Below, piece by piece: positions 45,425 through 55,807 of a stretch of 64,000 nt of DNA. The notes under the pieces were generated by a model. The model worked only from the letters and a program-made list of their open reading frames with translations. It was not told the DNA's origin and made no database searches. The DNA is from Candidatus Eiseniibacteriota bacterium. GTDB taxonomy: Bacteria; Eisenbacteria; RBG-16-71-46. The position numbers and the translations under genes were made by a program. Position 1 is the stretch's first letter. Every line of letters begins with the position of its first letter. The DNA is taken from the NCBI GenBank assembly GCA_963725865.1, contig CAVSAC010000014.1, positions 800,001-864,000 of the forward strand, given 5' to 3'.

Positions 45425-45539
45425 CGCCGGCGCCCGGATCGCGGGGAACCCTTGGCGGGGGGCGCCGCGCTCGCTATCTTCGGCGCGTCCCTGCCCGCTC
45501 GCGCGTCGCCCCCGGCGCGCACGAAAGGAGAGTGTCGAC

Positions 45540-46301
45540 GTGATGAAGCCCGCGATCCGATGGACCTCCATCGCCATGCTCGCCATCGGCCTGCTCGCGT
45601 TCGCGGCCGCCGCGTTCAGCGCGGCCTCGAAGCCCACGGCGGACCAGGTGGCGCGCGGGGAGCGCGCGTACCTCGCCTACTGCGCCATGTGCCACGGCGA
45701 CAACGGCGCCGGGGATGGCCCCCTCGCGGCCGATCTCACCAAGGAGGCGGCGGCGGTCCCGCTGCGCCTCGACGACTCCGCACGGCTCCAGACGCTGGGG
45801 CCGGCGGGGCTGCGCCGCGTGATCACGCTGGGCGGCGCCCACACGCAGCGATCGAACATGATGCCGGCGTGGGGCGAGCGCCTGGGGCCGAAGGTCATCG
45901 ACGAGATCGCGACCTTCATCGAGACCCTGCCGAGTCGCAAGTCCCAGGGCATCCCGGCGGCCACCCTGCAGAAGTACATGAGCGCGCCCAAGGGCAGCAG
46001 CGAGGAGGGCCGCAAGCTGTTCGTGTACTACTGCACCGGCTGCCACGGCCCGTACGGCAAGGGCGACGGGTTCAACGCCGACACGCTGCGCGTGCGCCAC
46101 AAGGTCCGGCCTCGCGACCTGACGGACACCGTGTACCTGGAGCGCCGCAGCGACCAGGACCTGTACGCGGTCATCGCGCTCGGCGGAGGTCACATGGGCA
46201 AGTCGAACTTCATGCCCGCCTGGACCTACTCGCTGCAGCCCGCGCAGATCAAGAGCCTGATCTCCTACGTTCGCACGATCTCCCACACCGCGTCGCGCTG
46301 A
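45540..46301 (+). CDS. Periplasmic diheme class I cytochrome c
   Basis: Signal peptide and two tandem domains, CAMCHG..GDG..MPAW and CTGCHG..GDG..MPAW (His/Met ligation). Confidence 0.87.
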   Translation: MMKPAIRWTSIAMLAIGLLAFAAAAFSAASKPTADQVARGERAYLAYCAMCHGDNGAGDGPLAADLTKEAAAVPLRLDDSARLQTLGPAGLRRVITLGGAHTQRSNMMPAWGERLGPKVIDEIATFIETLPSRKSQGIPAATLQKYMSAPKGSSEEGRKLFVYYCTGCHGPYGKGDGFNADTLRVRHKVRPRDLTDTVYLERRSDQDLYAVIALGGGHMGKSNFMPAWTYSLQPAQIKSLISYVRTISHTASR

Positions 46302-46318
46302 GCCACGGCGGCAACGGA

Positions 46319-46350
46319 ACGGGCGCGGGTCCGCGTGGACCCGCGCCCGT
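46319..46350. terminator. Perfect 14-bp hairpin between convergent genes
   Basis: ACGGGCGCGGGTCC-GCGT-GGACCCGCGCCCGT. Confidence 0.65.
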
Positions 46351-46367
46351 CGCTCCTCCTGCGCCGG

Positions 46368-46760
46368 CTAGGTCTGGGCGACGCGCCCCGGCCCCTTCGC
46401 GCGGCGCGCCAGTGCGGCGTGCACCGCATCGCGCACTTCGTCGCCCTCGACCGGATGGACCGCGTAGTAGACCGGCCGCAGCTCCCGCACCTGCTTCTCG
46501 GTGTGGAGCGAGCCCTGCTCGGCGATGAGCACCACGGGCAGGTCCGGGACCAGGCGCCGCACCAGCTGGAGTACCGCCACGTCGGCGACCTCCTGCGGGC
46601 GCAGGGTGTAAATCAGGACGTCGGGGCGATGCTGGACGAGTGCCTCGAGGAGAAGATCCCGATTGTCGCAGTGGATCAGGCGCAGGCCCTCGGCGCGAAG
46701 CGCGGTGCAGACGGCTTCGCCGGGTCGATCGGGGCAGAGACAGAACACCACGGCCGGCAT
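46368..46760 (-). CDS. Stand-alone degenerate receiver (pseudo-REC) protein
   Basis: REC-like pattern PDVLIYT..PDLPVVLIA..YYAVHPV; the phospho-Asp and conserved Lys are not retained. Confidence 0.6.
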   Translation of the reverse strand: MPAVVFCLCPDRPGEAVCTALRAEGLRLIHCDNRDLLLEALVQHRPDVLIYTLRPQEVADVAVLQLVRRLVPDLPVVLIAEQGSLHTEKQVRELRPVYYAVHPVEGDEVRDAVHAALARRAKGPGRVAQT

Positions 46761-47047
46761 CGTCGTCCTCACTCCCCAGCCGGGACGCGCAGATGACTGG
46801 CGTCCCCCCCGCGGCCTGCGGAGACAAATAAAGAGCGGGGCGCCACCTTCAGGACCCCCCACGGCGAGAAGAGCCTTGAACCCCTGGACCCTTCCGCCAA
46901 GTCACGAGTGGACACCCCGCCCCAGAACTCGCTCGCAACTTCGCCTGCCCCCTGCCAGGGGACGGGTTCCGCTGCGCTGATTTGTCGATCAACCTCTCCG
47001 TCCCTGTGAGGATCGCGAGAGGCGTCTCTGCGTACGTTCACACAATC

Positions 47048-47063
47048 AGCAACCTGCGTGCCC
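47048..47063 (-). promoter_or_regulatory. Sigma54 -24/-12 promoter
   Basis: Minus strand GGGCACG-CAGG-TTGCT matches TGGCACG-N4-TTGC. Confidence 0.7.
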
Positions 47064-47279
47064 GCGTGAATGGTCTCGCAAGGACGCCACAACTCATTGC
47101 CGCACAACGGTGGGTCGGAGGCATGGCGCCGCTCGACGGCGCTCCACTGCCGCGCTCGACCTGACAGAACTGCGCCGAGGCTGCAAGCCTGACAGGTTCC
47201 GGGATGGAAGCGGCGTCGCTCGAGCGGCCCGGTCGCGCGGGCGCCGGGTGCGCGTGCGGAGTGGCGGGGCGTGCGGCGC

Positions 47280-48641
47280 TCAGGCCGACGGCAGGCCCTG
47301 CTCGAGCTCCTTCAGCTTGCGATAGAGATTGCGCTCGCTGATGCCCAGGATGGTGGCCGCCTTCTGGCGATGGCCGCTGCACTCGTCGAGCACGCGCTTG
47401 ATGTAGCGCCGCTCGACCTCCTCGAGCGTCGGCATCTGCTTGGAATCCCCGTTGTCCTCGAACGCGGGCTGGAGCCGCACGCCCATCGGAAGGTGCTCGG
47501 GCTCGATCGCGCCGCCATCGGTCAGAATGAGCGCCCGCTCGATCACGTTCTCCAGCTCGCGGACGTTCCCCGGCCACAGGTAGCGCTGGAGCACCTCGAT
47601 CGCCTCCTGGGAGGCCTTCACGGTGCGCTTGGGAACGATCGACGAGCCGCGGATGAAGTGATCCACCAGCAGCACGATGTCGCCCTTTCGCTCGCGCAGC
47701 GGCGGGATGTGCACGGAGAACACGTTGAGCCGGTAGTAGAGGTCCTCGCGGAAGGCGCCGTCCTTCATCATCTGCTCGAGCGAGCGATTGGTGGCGGCGA
47801 TCATGCGCACGTCCACCTTGATGTCCACCGTCCCGCCGACTCGCCGAAAGGTGCCGGTCTCCAGCACCCGCAGCAGCTTCACCTGCAGCTGCGGCGTGAG
47901 TTCCGCGATCTCGTCCAGGAAGATGGTGCCCCGGTCGGCGACCTCGAACAGCCCGTGCTTGAGGCGGATCGCTCCGGTGTAGGCGCCCTTCTCGTGCCCG
48001 AACAACTCGCTCTGGAGCAGGTTCTCGTGCAGCGAGGCGCAATCCACCACCACGAACGGCTGACGCGAGCGGCGGCTCTGCCGGTGCACGGCACGCGCCA
48101 CCAACTCCTTGCCCGAGCCGCTCTCACCCCGGATGAGCACGGTCGAGTCGGTGTCCGCGACTCGCGTGACCATCTGGAGCAGTTCGCGCACCCCGGCGGA
48201 CTCGCCCACGAACTTGTCGCTCGGCTGCAGCCGGTCGACCTCCCGCTGCAGCGCCACGTTGCCGCGCTCCAGGTTCTGCCGCTGGACCGCCTTCTCGAGC
48301 ACCGCCTCCAGCTCCGCGAGCTTGCAGGGCTTGGTGAGGAAGTCGTAGGCGCCCTCCTTCATCGCGCGGATCGCCTCCTGCACGGTCCCGTAGGCGGTCA
48401 GCATGATGACCTCGGTCGAGGGTGACGCCTCCTTGATCTCCTTCAACAGCTCGAGCCCGCTGCCGTCCGGCATCCGGACGTCGAGGATCACGACGTGGAA
48501 GGTGCGCTGGGTCAGCGCCCGCCGTGCCTCATCGAGGCCGCCGGCGGTGGTGACCGAGTACCCGACACGCTCGAGCTCCCGGGCGATCAGCTTCCGGAAC
48601 GACTCCTCGTCGTCGACGATCAGCAGGGACGTCTCACTCAC
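47280..48641 (-). CDS. NtrC-family sigma54-dependent response regulator
   Basis: REC domain (VDDE, LDVRMPD, TKP), GESGSGKE, ELFGHEKGAYTGA, WPGNVRELEN, Fis-type HTH. Confidence 0.95.
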   Translation of the reverse strand: MSETSLLIVDDEESFRKLIARELERVGYSVTTAGGLDEARRALTQRTFHVVILDVRMPDGSGLELLKEIKEASPSTEVIMLTAYGTVQEAIRAMKEGAYDFLTKPCKLAELEAVLEKAVQRQNLERGNVALQREVDRLQPSDKFVGESAGVRELLQMVTRVADTDSTVLIRGESGSGKELVARAVHRQSRRSRQPFVVVDCASLHENLLQSELFGHEKGAYTGAIRLKHGLFEVADRGTIFLDEIAELTPQLQVKLLRVLETGTFRRVGGTVDIKVDVRMIAATNRSLEQMMKDGAFREDLYYRLNVFSVHIPPLRERKGDIVLLVDHFIRGSSIVPKRTVKASQEAIEVLQRYLWPGNVRELENVIERALILTDGGAIEPEHLPMGVRLQPAFEDNGDSKQMPTLEEVERRYIKRVLDECSGHRQKAATILGISERNLYRKLKELEQGLPSA

Positions 48642-49845
48642 CGCTACCTCCCGGACCCTGGACGGGAAGGCGCAGGTGGAAACGCGCCCCCTCGCCGGGA
48701 CGGCTCTCCACCCGTATGGAACCCCCGTGCCGACTGACGATTCGCTGCGTGATCGAAAGCCCGAGCCCGGTGCCGATGCCCACAGGCTTGGTCGTGAAGA
48801 ACGGATCCCAGATGCGGTCGAGGTGCTCGGGCGGGATGCCGGGACCGGTATCCTCGACTCGCATGGACACCCATCCGCTCTCGGCCCGCGTCACCACGGT
48901 GAGGATCCCGCCGTCCACCATGGCCTGGACACCGTTCATCATGAGGTTCATGCAGGCGCCGCGCATGGCGCCCTCGCGCGCCCAGATCGGCGGCAGCGCG
49001 GGATCCAGGTCCTCCACCACCTCCACCCCAGCCTGGCGGGTCTGGAACTTGAGCAGCGAGAGGGTGTCGCGCACCGCGCGATTCAGATCGACCCAGCTGG
49101 CGGCGACCGAGTACGGCTGCGCGAGCAACATCAGCTTATCGGTGGTCTCGCGACAGCGCCGCGCCTCGCGCTCCAGCACCTCGAGCACCTCGCTCGCCTC
49201 CTCCAGGCTCGGCGGGCCGAAATCGCTCCGCTGGAGCCAGCGTTGCAGGCTCTCGACGCCAGCCAGCACCGAGGCGAGCGGGTTGTTCACTTCGTGCGCC
49301 ACCCCGGCGGCGAGTTGGCCGAGCGAGGCGAGGCGTTCGCTGTGGGAGAGCTGGCTTTCGAGCTTGCTGCGCTCGGAGATGTCGCGCCATACCTGGACGA
49401 CATGGGTGACGCCGCCGGCGGCGTCGACGACCGGGTTGAACGTCGCCTCCCATCGCCGCAGCACGCCGCTCGGATCGGCGAGGCTGCGGATGCGCCGTTG
49501 CGGCTGGGCGTCCAGGAGCACCGCGGAGGCCGCACACTCCCCGCAGATCTCGCCGGAGCGGCTCTCGGGGCATTGCAGGGTCTCGCGACAGAGGCCGTGC
49601 AGGGCCCACCCGGACTTCACCCCGAACTCCTCGACGTAGCGCCGGTTCGCCGCGATCACCCGCTGCTCACGGTCGACCACCACCACCGCGTCCGTCAGGG
49701 CATCGACCAGGTGCGGGAGGATCTGGCGCACCTGCTCGAGGTCGAAGCGGGAGACGTCCAGCCCCGCCAGCGGCGCACTTGAATCAGGCGCGCCATGTGG
49801 AGCGCCGTCGGGGGCAGGCGGGACGGGTCGGATCTGCGGGGTCAT
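48634..49845 (-). CDS. Cytoplasmic PAS-domain sensor histidine kinase
   Basis: PAS-like N-terminus, GVAHEVNNPL, N box, DTGPG, PFFTTK, GTGLGL; no TM segments. Confidence 0.9.
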   Translation of the reverse strand: MTPQIRPVPPAPDGAPHGAPDSSAPLAGLDVSRFDLEQVRQILPHLVDALTDAVVVVDREQRVIAANRRYVEEFGVKSGWALHGLCRETLQCPESRSGEICGECAASAVLLDAQPQRRIRSLADPSGVLRRWEATFNPVVDAAGGVTHVVQVWRDISERSKLESQLSHSERLASLGQLAAGVAHEVNNPLASVLAGVESLQRWLQRSDFGPPSLEEASEVLEVLEREARRCRETTDKLMLLAQPYSVAASWVDLNRAVRDTLSLLKFQTRQAGVEVVEDLDPALPPIWAREGAMRGACMNLMMNGVQAMVDGGILTVVTRAESGWVSMRVEDTGPGIPPEHLDRIWDPFFTTKPVGIGTGLGLSITQRIVSRHGGSIRVESRPGEGARFHLRLPVQGPGGSGE

Positions 49846-50028
49846 GGGAGGTCCTCGAAAGCCCTGACAGATTGGCAGGGTTGGGACGCGGACGCAAGCG
49901 CGTTAGCGCAGCGACTTCCGCGAGGAGACCACGCGATGGCCTTCGATCCGCGCGCGCCGGGTTGCGCGCCGGAGGCACGACGGCGGCGCGGAGGGTCACC
50001 CCGAGCCGCCGCGTCGACCCACCGATCG

Positions 50029-50286
50029 TCAGAGCCGGCGACGCAGCTCTCGTTCCGCCTGCAGCCAGTGTTCGAGATCGTGCCCGGGGCGGCCGTCGCG
50101 CAGGAAGAGCTCGTAGGCGCGACGCTCGATCTCATGATGAGAGGGCGCGCTCGGCCCACTCGCGGATCTCGCGATGCGGGGCGCTCGAGCGCGCGACGAG
50201 GCCGCGGCGGGCGAACTCGCGCTCGAGGCCTTGGTCGAGGAGGTGGTCCGCTTGCGCGCGGACGGTTTCTTCTCGGTGCTGCTCAT
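50029..50286 (-). CDS. DUF2934-like small protein
   Basis: EIERRAYELFLRDGRPGHDLEHWLQAEREL; AAAGGAG RBS. Confidence 0.75.
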   Translation of the reverse strand: MSSTEKKPSARKRTTSSTKASSASSPAAASSRARAPRIARSASGPSAPSHHEIERRAYELFLRDGRPGHDLEHWLQAERELRRRL

Positions 50287-50803
50287 CGTCTCTGAGACTC
50301 CTTTCGTCGGACTCCCGGTGCGATGATTCGACGATCATCCACACGGACGCCGCGGGGCACGGAAGCGCACCGCGATCTCCCTGCCAGGAACGCACACGGT
50401 TGTACTCGGAATCGCGCTCGCTGACAAGTCAGTTGCGCCGACCGAAGCACGCCGCGCGCCATCGCGACCTCGCTCGTCGTGCATGCATCGCGCTCTCATC
50501 GTTCCTGCACGGAATGCATGCCGCTTCCGCGCGGGTCGAGAGCAGGCGCGGTTTTCGCGGCGAAAAATTCCTGTTGCCGAAGTCGCTAGGAGCGGGCATA
50601 ACACTTGGCACTGTTCGCCGTGAACGACTCCTCGCTGGCGAGCGGGATGCACCTTCCCTCACGCAAACGACACATTCGTACCGATAGTCGTCGAAGCGGG
50701 CCAGACCGAGCCGGCGCCGTACCATCGTCCCTCGTATCGCCGTCGCGGTCTGACAGAAGTCCATGGAAGCGTGCCGCACGAGCGAGGACCAGGGAGGTCC
50801 GCA

Positions 50804-53800
50804 ATGAGCCACATCCTCGACACCCTCACCACCAAGGCTTCCGATCAGCCGGCCGCACAGGCCGGCCTGCGCGTCCCGCGACGATTCACGCACCCGGGCG
50901 TGGATCCGCTCGACGAGATCGCATGGGACCGGCGTCGCACCGTGATCTCGAACCCGGATGGCTCGATCGTCTTCCAGATGGACGGCGTCGAGGTGCCCGC
51001 GGATTGGTCGCAGCTCGCCACCGACATCGTGGTCAGCAAGTACTTCCGCAAGGCGGGGCTGCCCGACGCCCCCGGCCACGAAACCAGCGTGCGTCAGGTC
51101 GTGCACCGCATCGCCCGCACGATCCGGCGCGCCGGCGAGGACTCCGGCGGCTACTTCGCCAGCCGCGAGGACGCCGAGTCGTTCGAGGCCGAGCTCGCCC
51201 ACATGCTGGTGAGGCAGATCGGCGCCTTCAATTCGCCCGTCTGGTTCAACCTCGGGCTGTGGCACGAGTACGGCATCGGCGGCTCGGGCGGGAACTTCTA
51301 CTGGGACGAGGCCGCGCGCGCGCTCCAGGTGACACAGGACTCCTACTCGCGCCCGCAGGTGTCCGCCTGCTTCATCCAGTCGATCAGCGACGACCTGATG
51401 TCGATCTTCGAGCTCGCGCGCAACGAAGCGCGGGTGTTCAAGTACGGCTCGGGCACCGGCACCAACTTCTCGAAGCTACGCGGCCGCATGGAGAAGCTCT
51501 CCGGCGGCGGCACGTCGTCGGGGCTGATGTCGTTCCTCGAGGTGCTCGACAAGGGCGCTGGCGCGACCAAGTCGGGCGGCACGACCCGCCGCGCCGCCAA
51601 GATGGTGGTGCTCGACATGGACCACCCCGAGATCGTCGACTTCGTGCAGTGGAAGATGCGCGAGGAGCGCAAGGTCGCCGCGCTGGTCGCCGCCGGCTAC
51701 TCGACGGACTTCAATGGCGAGGCCTACGGCACCGTCTCGGGCCAGAATTCGAACAATTCGGTGCGCGTCCCCGACGCCTTCATGCAGGCGGTCGTGGAGG
51801 ACGGCGGCTGGTCGACCACTTACCGGACGACCGGCCAGGTCCACGAGACCCACCGCGCGCGCGCGCTGTGGCAGTTGATCTCCGACGCGGCCTGGCAGTG
51901 CGCCGACCCCGGCGTGCAGTACGACGACACCATCCAGCTCTGGCACACCTGCAAGGCCACGGATCGCATCCACGCCACGAATCCGTGCAGCGAGTTCGTG
52001 TTCCTCGACGACACCTCCTGCAACCTGGCGTCGGTCAACCTGATGAAGTTCCTGAAGCCGGACGGATCCTTCGACATCGAGGGCTACCGGCACGCCAACC
52101 GCGTGTTCTTCCTCGCGCAGGAGATCCTGGTCGGCTTCGCGTCGTATCCGACGGAGCGCATCGCCCAGCGCTCCGCGGAGTACCGCCCGCTCGGGCTCGG
52201 CTACGCGAACCTCGGCACGCTGCTGATGGTGCAGGGCGTGCCCTACGACAGCGAGGCCGCACGCGCGTTCGCGGCATCGGTCACCGCCATCATGACCGGC
52301 GAGGCCTACGCGCTGTCGGCCGAGCTGGCCGCGAACAAGGGCCCGTTCGCCGGCTACGCGGAAAACCGCGAGAGCATGCTCGAGGTGATGCGCCTCCATC
52401 GCGAGGCGGCGCGCACGATCGATCCGGGCCTCGCGCCTCGCGACCTGCGGATGGCGGCACTCGAGAGCTGGAACGAGGCGGTGCGGCTCGGCGAGCGCTT
52501 CGGCTACCGCAACTCGCAGGCCACCGTGCTCGCGCCCACCGGCACCATCGGCCTGCTCATGGACTGCGACACGACGGGGGTCGAACCCGACTTCGCGCTC
52601 GTGAAGTTCAAGAAGCTCGCCGGCGGCGGCTACTTCAAGATCGTGAATCAGTCGGTTCCCGCCGCCCTGCGCCGGCTCGGCTACGACGAGCCCGCGATCG
52701 AGCGCATCGTGCGTTTCGCGATCGGCACCGGCTCGCTCGAGGGCGCTCCGCACATCAACCACTCGGAGCTCCTGAAGCGCGGCTTGCGCGAGGACGAGAT
52801 CGACCGCATCGAGCGTCTGCTGCCGACCATGCTCGACCTGCGCTCGGCGTTCGCGCGCGGGATTCTCGGCGACGAGCTGCTCACGCGCCTCGGCGTCGGC
52901 CAGGCAGAGCGCGAGAAGCCCGGCTTCAGCGCGCTGCCGTTCCTCGGCTTCACCGACGAGCAGATCGAGGCCGCCAACGCGGCGATCTGCGGCAGCCAGT
53001 CGGTCGAGGGCGCGCCGGGGCTCAGGCCCCAGCACCTCGCGGTGTTCGACTGCGCGAACCGCTGCGGTCCGCGCGGCACCCGGTTCATCGAGCCGATGGG
53101 CCACGTCCGCATGATGGCGGCGGTGCAGCCGTTCATCTCGGGCGCCATCAGCAAGACCGTGAACCTGCCGAACGAGGCCACGGTCGAGGACGTCCAGAAC
53201 ATCTACCTCCAGTCGTGGAAGCTCGGCCTCAAGGCGGTCGCGCTCTACCGCGACGGAAGCAAGTTGAGCCAGCCGCTGTCGACCACCCGGAAGGCGGAGG
53301 CCACCGTGGAGGTCCCGGCGCCGCCCAAGCTGCGCCGTCGCCGCCTGCCCAAGCGCCGGCTCGGGTTCACGCAGGAGGCGCGCATCGGCGGGCACAAGGT
53401 GTTCCTGCGCACCGGCGAGTACGAGGACGGCGCTCTCGGCGAAATCTTCATCGACATGCACAAGGAGGGCGCCGCTTTCCGCAGCATGATGAACTGCTTC
53501 GCCATCTCGGTCTCGATGGGGCTGCAGTACGGGGTGCCGCTCGAGGACCTGGTGGATCAGTTCTGCTTCACGCGCTTCGAGCCGCACGGGCGCGTGGACG
53601 GCCACGAGAACCTGCGGGCTTGCACCAGCGTCATCGACTACGTGTTCCGCGTGCTCGGCTACGAATACCTGAACCGCACCGACCTCGTGCACATCACGGG
53701 CGAGAGCCTGAGCGGCGGCCCGGTCTCGACCCCGCCGCGGCGCGCCGATACGCCGCCCGTCGGGCACGACTGGTTCACGCAGGCGGGGAACGGCCGCAGC

Positions 53801-53995
53801 GAGGCCGCCGCCCGCGCGGCGGCGGCGGCGGCGCGGTCGCCCGAGCCCAGCGACGGCCCGATGCCCGAGATGATGGAGTTCAACAAACGCCTGCTCGGCG
53901 ACGCGCCGGCCTGCGAGCACTGCGGGCACATCACCATCCGCAACGGCACCTGCTACAAGTGCATCAACTGCGGCACCAGCATGGGTTGCTCCTGA
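50804..53995 (+). CDS. nrdJ: Class II (adenosylcobalamin-dependent) ribonucleotide reductase
   Basis: [51 protein letters not shown]-like domain and C-terminal CxxC..CxxC. Confidence 0.95.
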   Translation: MSHILDTLTTKASDQPAAQAGLRVPRRFTHPGVDPLDEIAWDRRRTVISNPDGSIVFQMDGVEVPADWSQLATDIVVSKYFRKAGLPDAPGHETSVRQVVHRIARTIRRAGEDSGGYFASREDAESFEAELAHMLVRQIGAFNSPVWFNLGLWHEYGIGGSGGNFYWDEAARALQVTQDSYSRPQVSACFIQSISDDLMSIFELARNEARVFKYGSGTGTNFSKLRGRMEKLSGGGTSSGLMSFLEVLDKGAGATKSGGTTRRAAKMVVLDMDHPEIVDFVQWKMREERKVAALVAAGYSTDFNGEAYGTVSGQNSNNSVRVPDAFMQAVVEDGGWSTTYRTTGQVHETHRARALWQLISDAAWQCADPGVQYDDTIQLWHTCKATDRIHATNPCSEFVFLDDTSCNLASVNLMKFLKPDGSFDIEGYRHANRVFFLAQEILVGFASYPTERIAQRSAEYRPLGLGYANLGTLLMVQGVPYDSEAARAFAASVTAIMTGEAYALSAELAANKGPFAGYAENRESMLEVMRLHREAARTIDPGLAPRDLRMAALESWNEAVRLGERFGYRNSQATVLAPTGTIGLLMDCDTTGVEPDFALVKFKKLAGGGYFKIVNQSVPAALRRLGYDEPAIERIVRFAIGTGSLEGAPHINHSELLKRGLREDEIDRIERLLPTMLDLRSAFARGILGDELLTRLGVGQAEREKPGFSALPFLGFTDEQIEAANAAICGSQSVEGAPGLRPQHLAVFDCANRCGPRGTRFIEPMGHVRMMAAVQPFISGAISKTVNLPNEATVEDVQNIYLQSWKLGLKAVALYRDGSKLSQPLSTTRKAEATVEVPAPPKLRRRRLPKRRLGFTQEARIGGHKVFLRTGEYEDGALGEIFIDMHKEGAAFRSMMNCFAISVSMGLQYGVPLEDLVDQFCFTRFEPHGRVDGHENLRACTSVIDYVFRVLGYEYLNRTDLVHITGESLSGGPVSTPPRRADTPPVGHDWFTQAGNGRSEAAARAAAAAARSPEPSDGPMPEMMEFNKRLLGDAPACEHCGHITIRNGTCYKCINCGTSMGCS

Positions 53996-54031
53996 TCGCG
54001 CGCTCGCGATAGGGAATGTACGCGACGGGAC

Positions 54032-54487
54032 TCAGGAGCGGCTGCGCCGCGGCTTGACCTCTTCGTGGATGCGGAGCTTCCCGTCCTCGACCGTCACGTA
54101 CACCGACTCGCCGCGCTGCGCCCCGTTCGGCACCAGGGTCCACGTGACCGCGCCGGAGGCCGGGTCGGTCTCGCGCTTCGCATCGGGGAGCGCGGCATCG
54201 TAGAAGCCGACCACCTTCTCCATCGGCACCTGGTACTCGAATTCCCAGCGCATGCCCTTCGAGTAGGAGTCCGGTTCGTCGCCCCAGCTCTCGCTGCCCA
54301 TCGCGTCGGTGAACTTCACGCCGGGATAGAGCGGGAGCTGGTTCGCGTAGACCCCCTTCGGGGCGTCACCGATGTGGTTGATCGAGTGGTTGGCCGCCTG
54401 GCCGTCGTACACGGGCTGCTTCGCCCCGCAGCCGAACAGCGAGGACGCGGCCAGCAGGCCGCCGAGGATGGTCCGGAACCTGCGCAT
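54032..54487 (-). CDS. Hypothetical lipoprotein
   Basis: Signal with LFGC lipobox; LPLYPG motif; GGGAG RBS. Confidence 0.65.
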   Translation of the reverse strand: MRRFRTILGGLLAASSLFGCGAKQPVYDGQAANHSINHIGDAPKGVYANQLPLYPGVKFTDAMGSESWGDEPDSYSKGMRWEFEYQVPMEKVVGFYDAALPDAKRETDPASGAVTWTLVPNGAQRGESVYVTVEDGKLRIHEEVKPRRSRS

Positions 54488-54628
54488 CGTGCATCTCCCT
54501 TCGATCGGGCGGCCGCAGTGCCTCCGCCGGGTGGATGGAGATGGTCATCGGCCTTCCGCCTCCCGGCCTGAACCGCCACGGCGGGCCGTGCTTGCCGCCC
54601 TTCGCGGCTTGGGGCAGAGTCGCGCCCG

Positions 54629-55750
54629 ATGATCGCCCTGAAGCGTCGCCGCCTGTTCCTGGCCCCCGAGCGGATGCTCCAGCTGCTGCTCGTCTTCGTG
54701 CCGATCGCGGTGTTCGCGCACGCGCGCGGCGGGGCCGGCCTCGCCACCTTCGTGTGCGCGGGACTCGCCATCGTGCCGCTGGCCGGCCTGATGGGCGAGG
54801 CCACCGAGGCGCTCGCCGCGCGGCTCGGCGCCGGGGTGGGCGGGCTGTTGAACGCCACCTTCGGCAACGCCGCCGAGCTCATCATCGCGTTCGTGGCGTT
54901 GCAGCGAGGCCTGCACGACGTCGTGAAGGCGAGCCTCACGGGCAGCATCATCGGCAACGTGCTGCTGGTGCTGGGGGCCGCCTGCCTGGCGGGCGGCGTC
55001 GGGCGCGAGCGCCAGCACTTCGACCGCCAGGCCGCGGGCATCGGCTCGACGCTGCTGGCGCTCGCGGCGATCGGCCTGGTGGTGCCGGCGATGTTCCACT
55101 TCGCCACCGAGGGCGCGATGGCGCGGGGCGCCCTGACGGCCGCGCGCGAGGACATCCTGTCGCGCGGGCTCTCGCTCGAGATCTCGGTGGTCCTGTTCGC
55201 CGCCTACCTGCTGAGCCTGTTGTTCAGCCTGCGGACGCACCGCCATCTCTACGCCGGCGCCGGCCACGGGGCCACCGAGACGGTGCGCGCCACGCCCCTG
55301 CGAGCGGTGCTGACCCTGCTGGTCGCGACGGCGCTGGTGGCGTGGATGAGCGAGCTGCTGGTCGGTGCGGTCGAGGAGGCCTCGCACGCCCTCGGGCTCA
55401 CCGAGGTGTTCGTGGGCGTCATCGTGGTGGCGGTGATCGGCAACGCCGCGGAGCACTCCACCGCGGTGCTGATGGCGACGAAGAACCAGATGGACCTGGC
55501 GATCAACATCGCGATCGGCTCCAGTATCCAGATCGCGCTGTTCGTGGCGCCGCTGCTGGTGTTCGTGTCGCGGCTGCTGCCCGGACACCCGATGGACCTC
55601 GAGTTCACGCCGTTCGAGGTGCTGGCGGTGGGCATCGCGGTCTTCGCGGTCAACCTGGTGGCGCAGGACGGCGAGTCGAATTGGCTCGAGGGCGTGCTGC
55701 TGCTCGCGGTCTACCTGGTGCTCGCGATCGCGTTCTTCTTCCTGCCCTAG
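54629..55750 (+). CDS. Calcium/proton exchanger (CAX/ChaA family)
   Basis: Alpha repeats [11 protein letters not shown] and [24 protein letters not shown]. Confidence 0.93.
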   Translation: MIALKRRRLFLAPERMLQLLLVFVPIAVFAHARGGAGLATFVCAGLAIVPLAGLMGEATEALAARLGAGVGGLLNATFGNAAELIIAFVALQRGLHDVVKASLTGSIIGNVLLVLGAACLAGGVGRERQHFDRQAAGIGSTLLALAAIGLVVPAMFHFATEGAMARGALTAAREDILSRGLSLEISVVLFAAYLLSLLFSLRTHRHLYAGAGHGATETVRATPLRAVLTLLVATALVAWMSELLVGAVEEASHALGLTEVFVGVIVVAVIGNAAEHSTAVLMATKNQMDLAINIAIGSSIQIALFVAPLLVFVSRLLPGHPMDLEFTPFEVLAVGIAVFAVNLVAQDGESNWLEGVLLLAVYLVLAIAFFFLP

Positions 55751-55807
55751 CCCGCGCGGCGCGGCGGCGCGCGGCGGTCCGCGAGCGACGCCGGGAGCCT
55801 GCCCGGC

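Noticed and set aside
50606..50622. TTGGCAC upstream of nrdJ as a sigma54 promoter
   Set aside because: No GC at the required -12 spacing. No NrdR box or cobalamin riboswitch was recognisable either.
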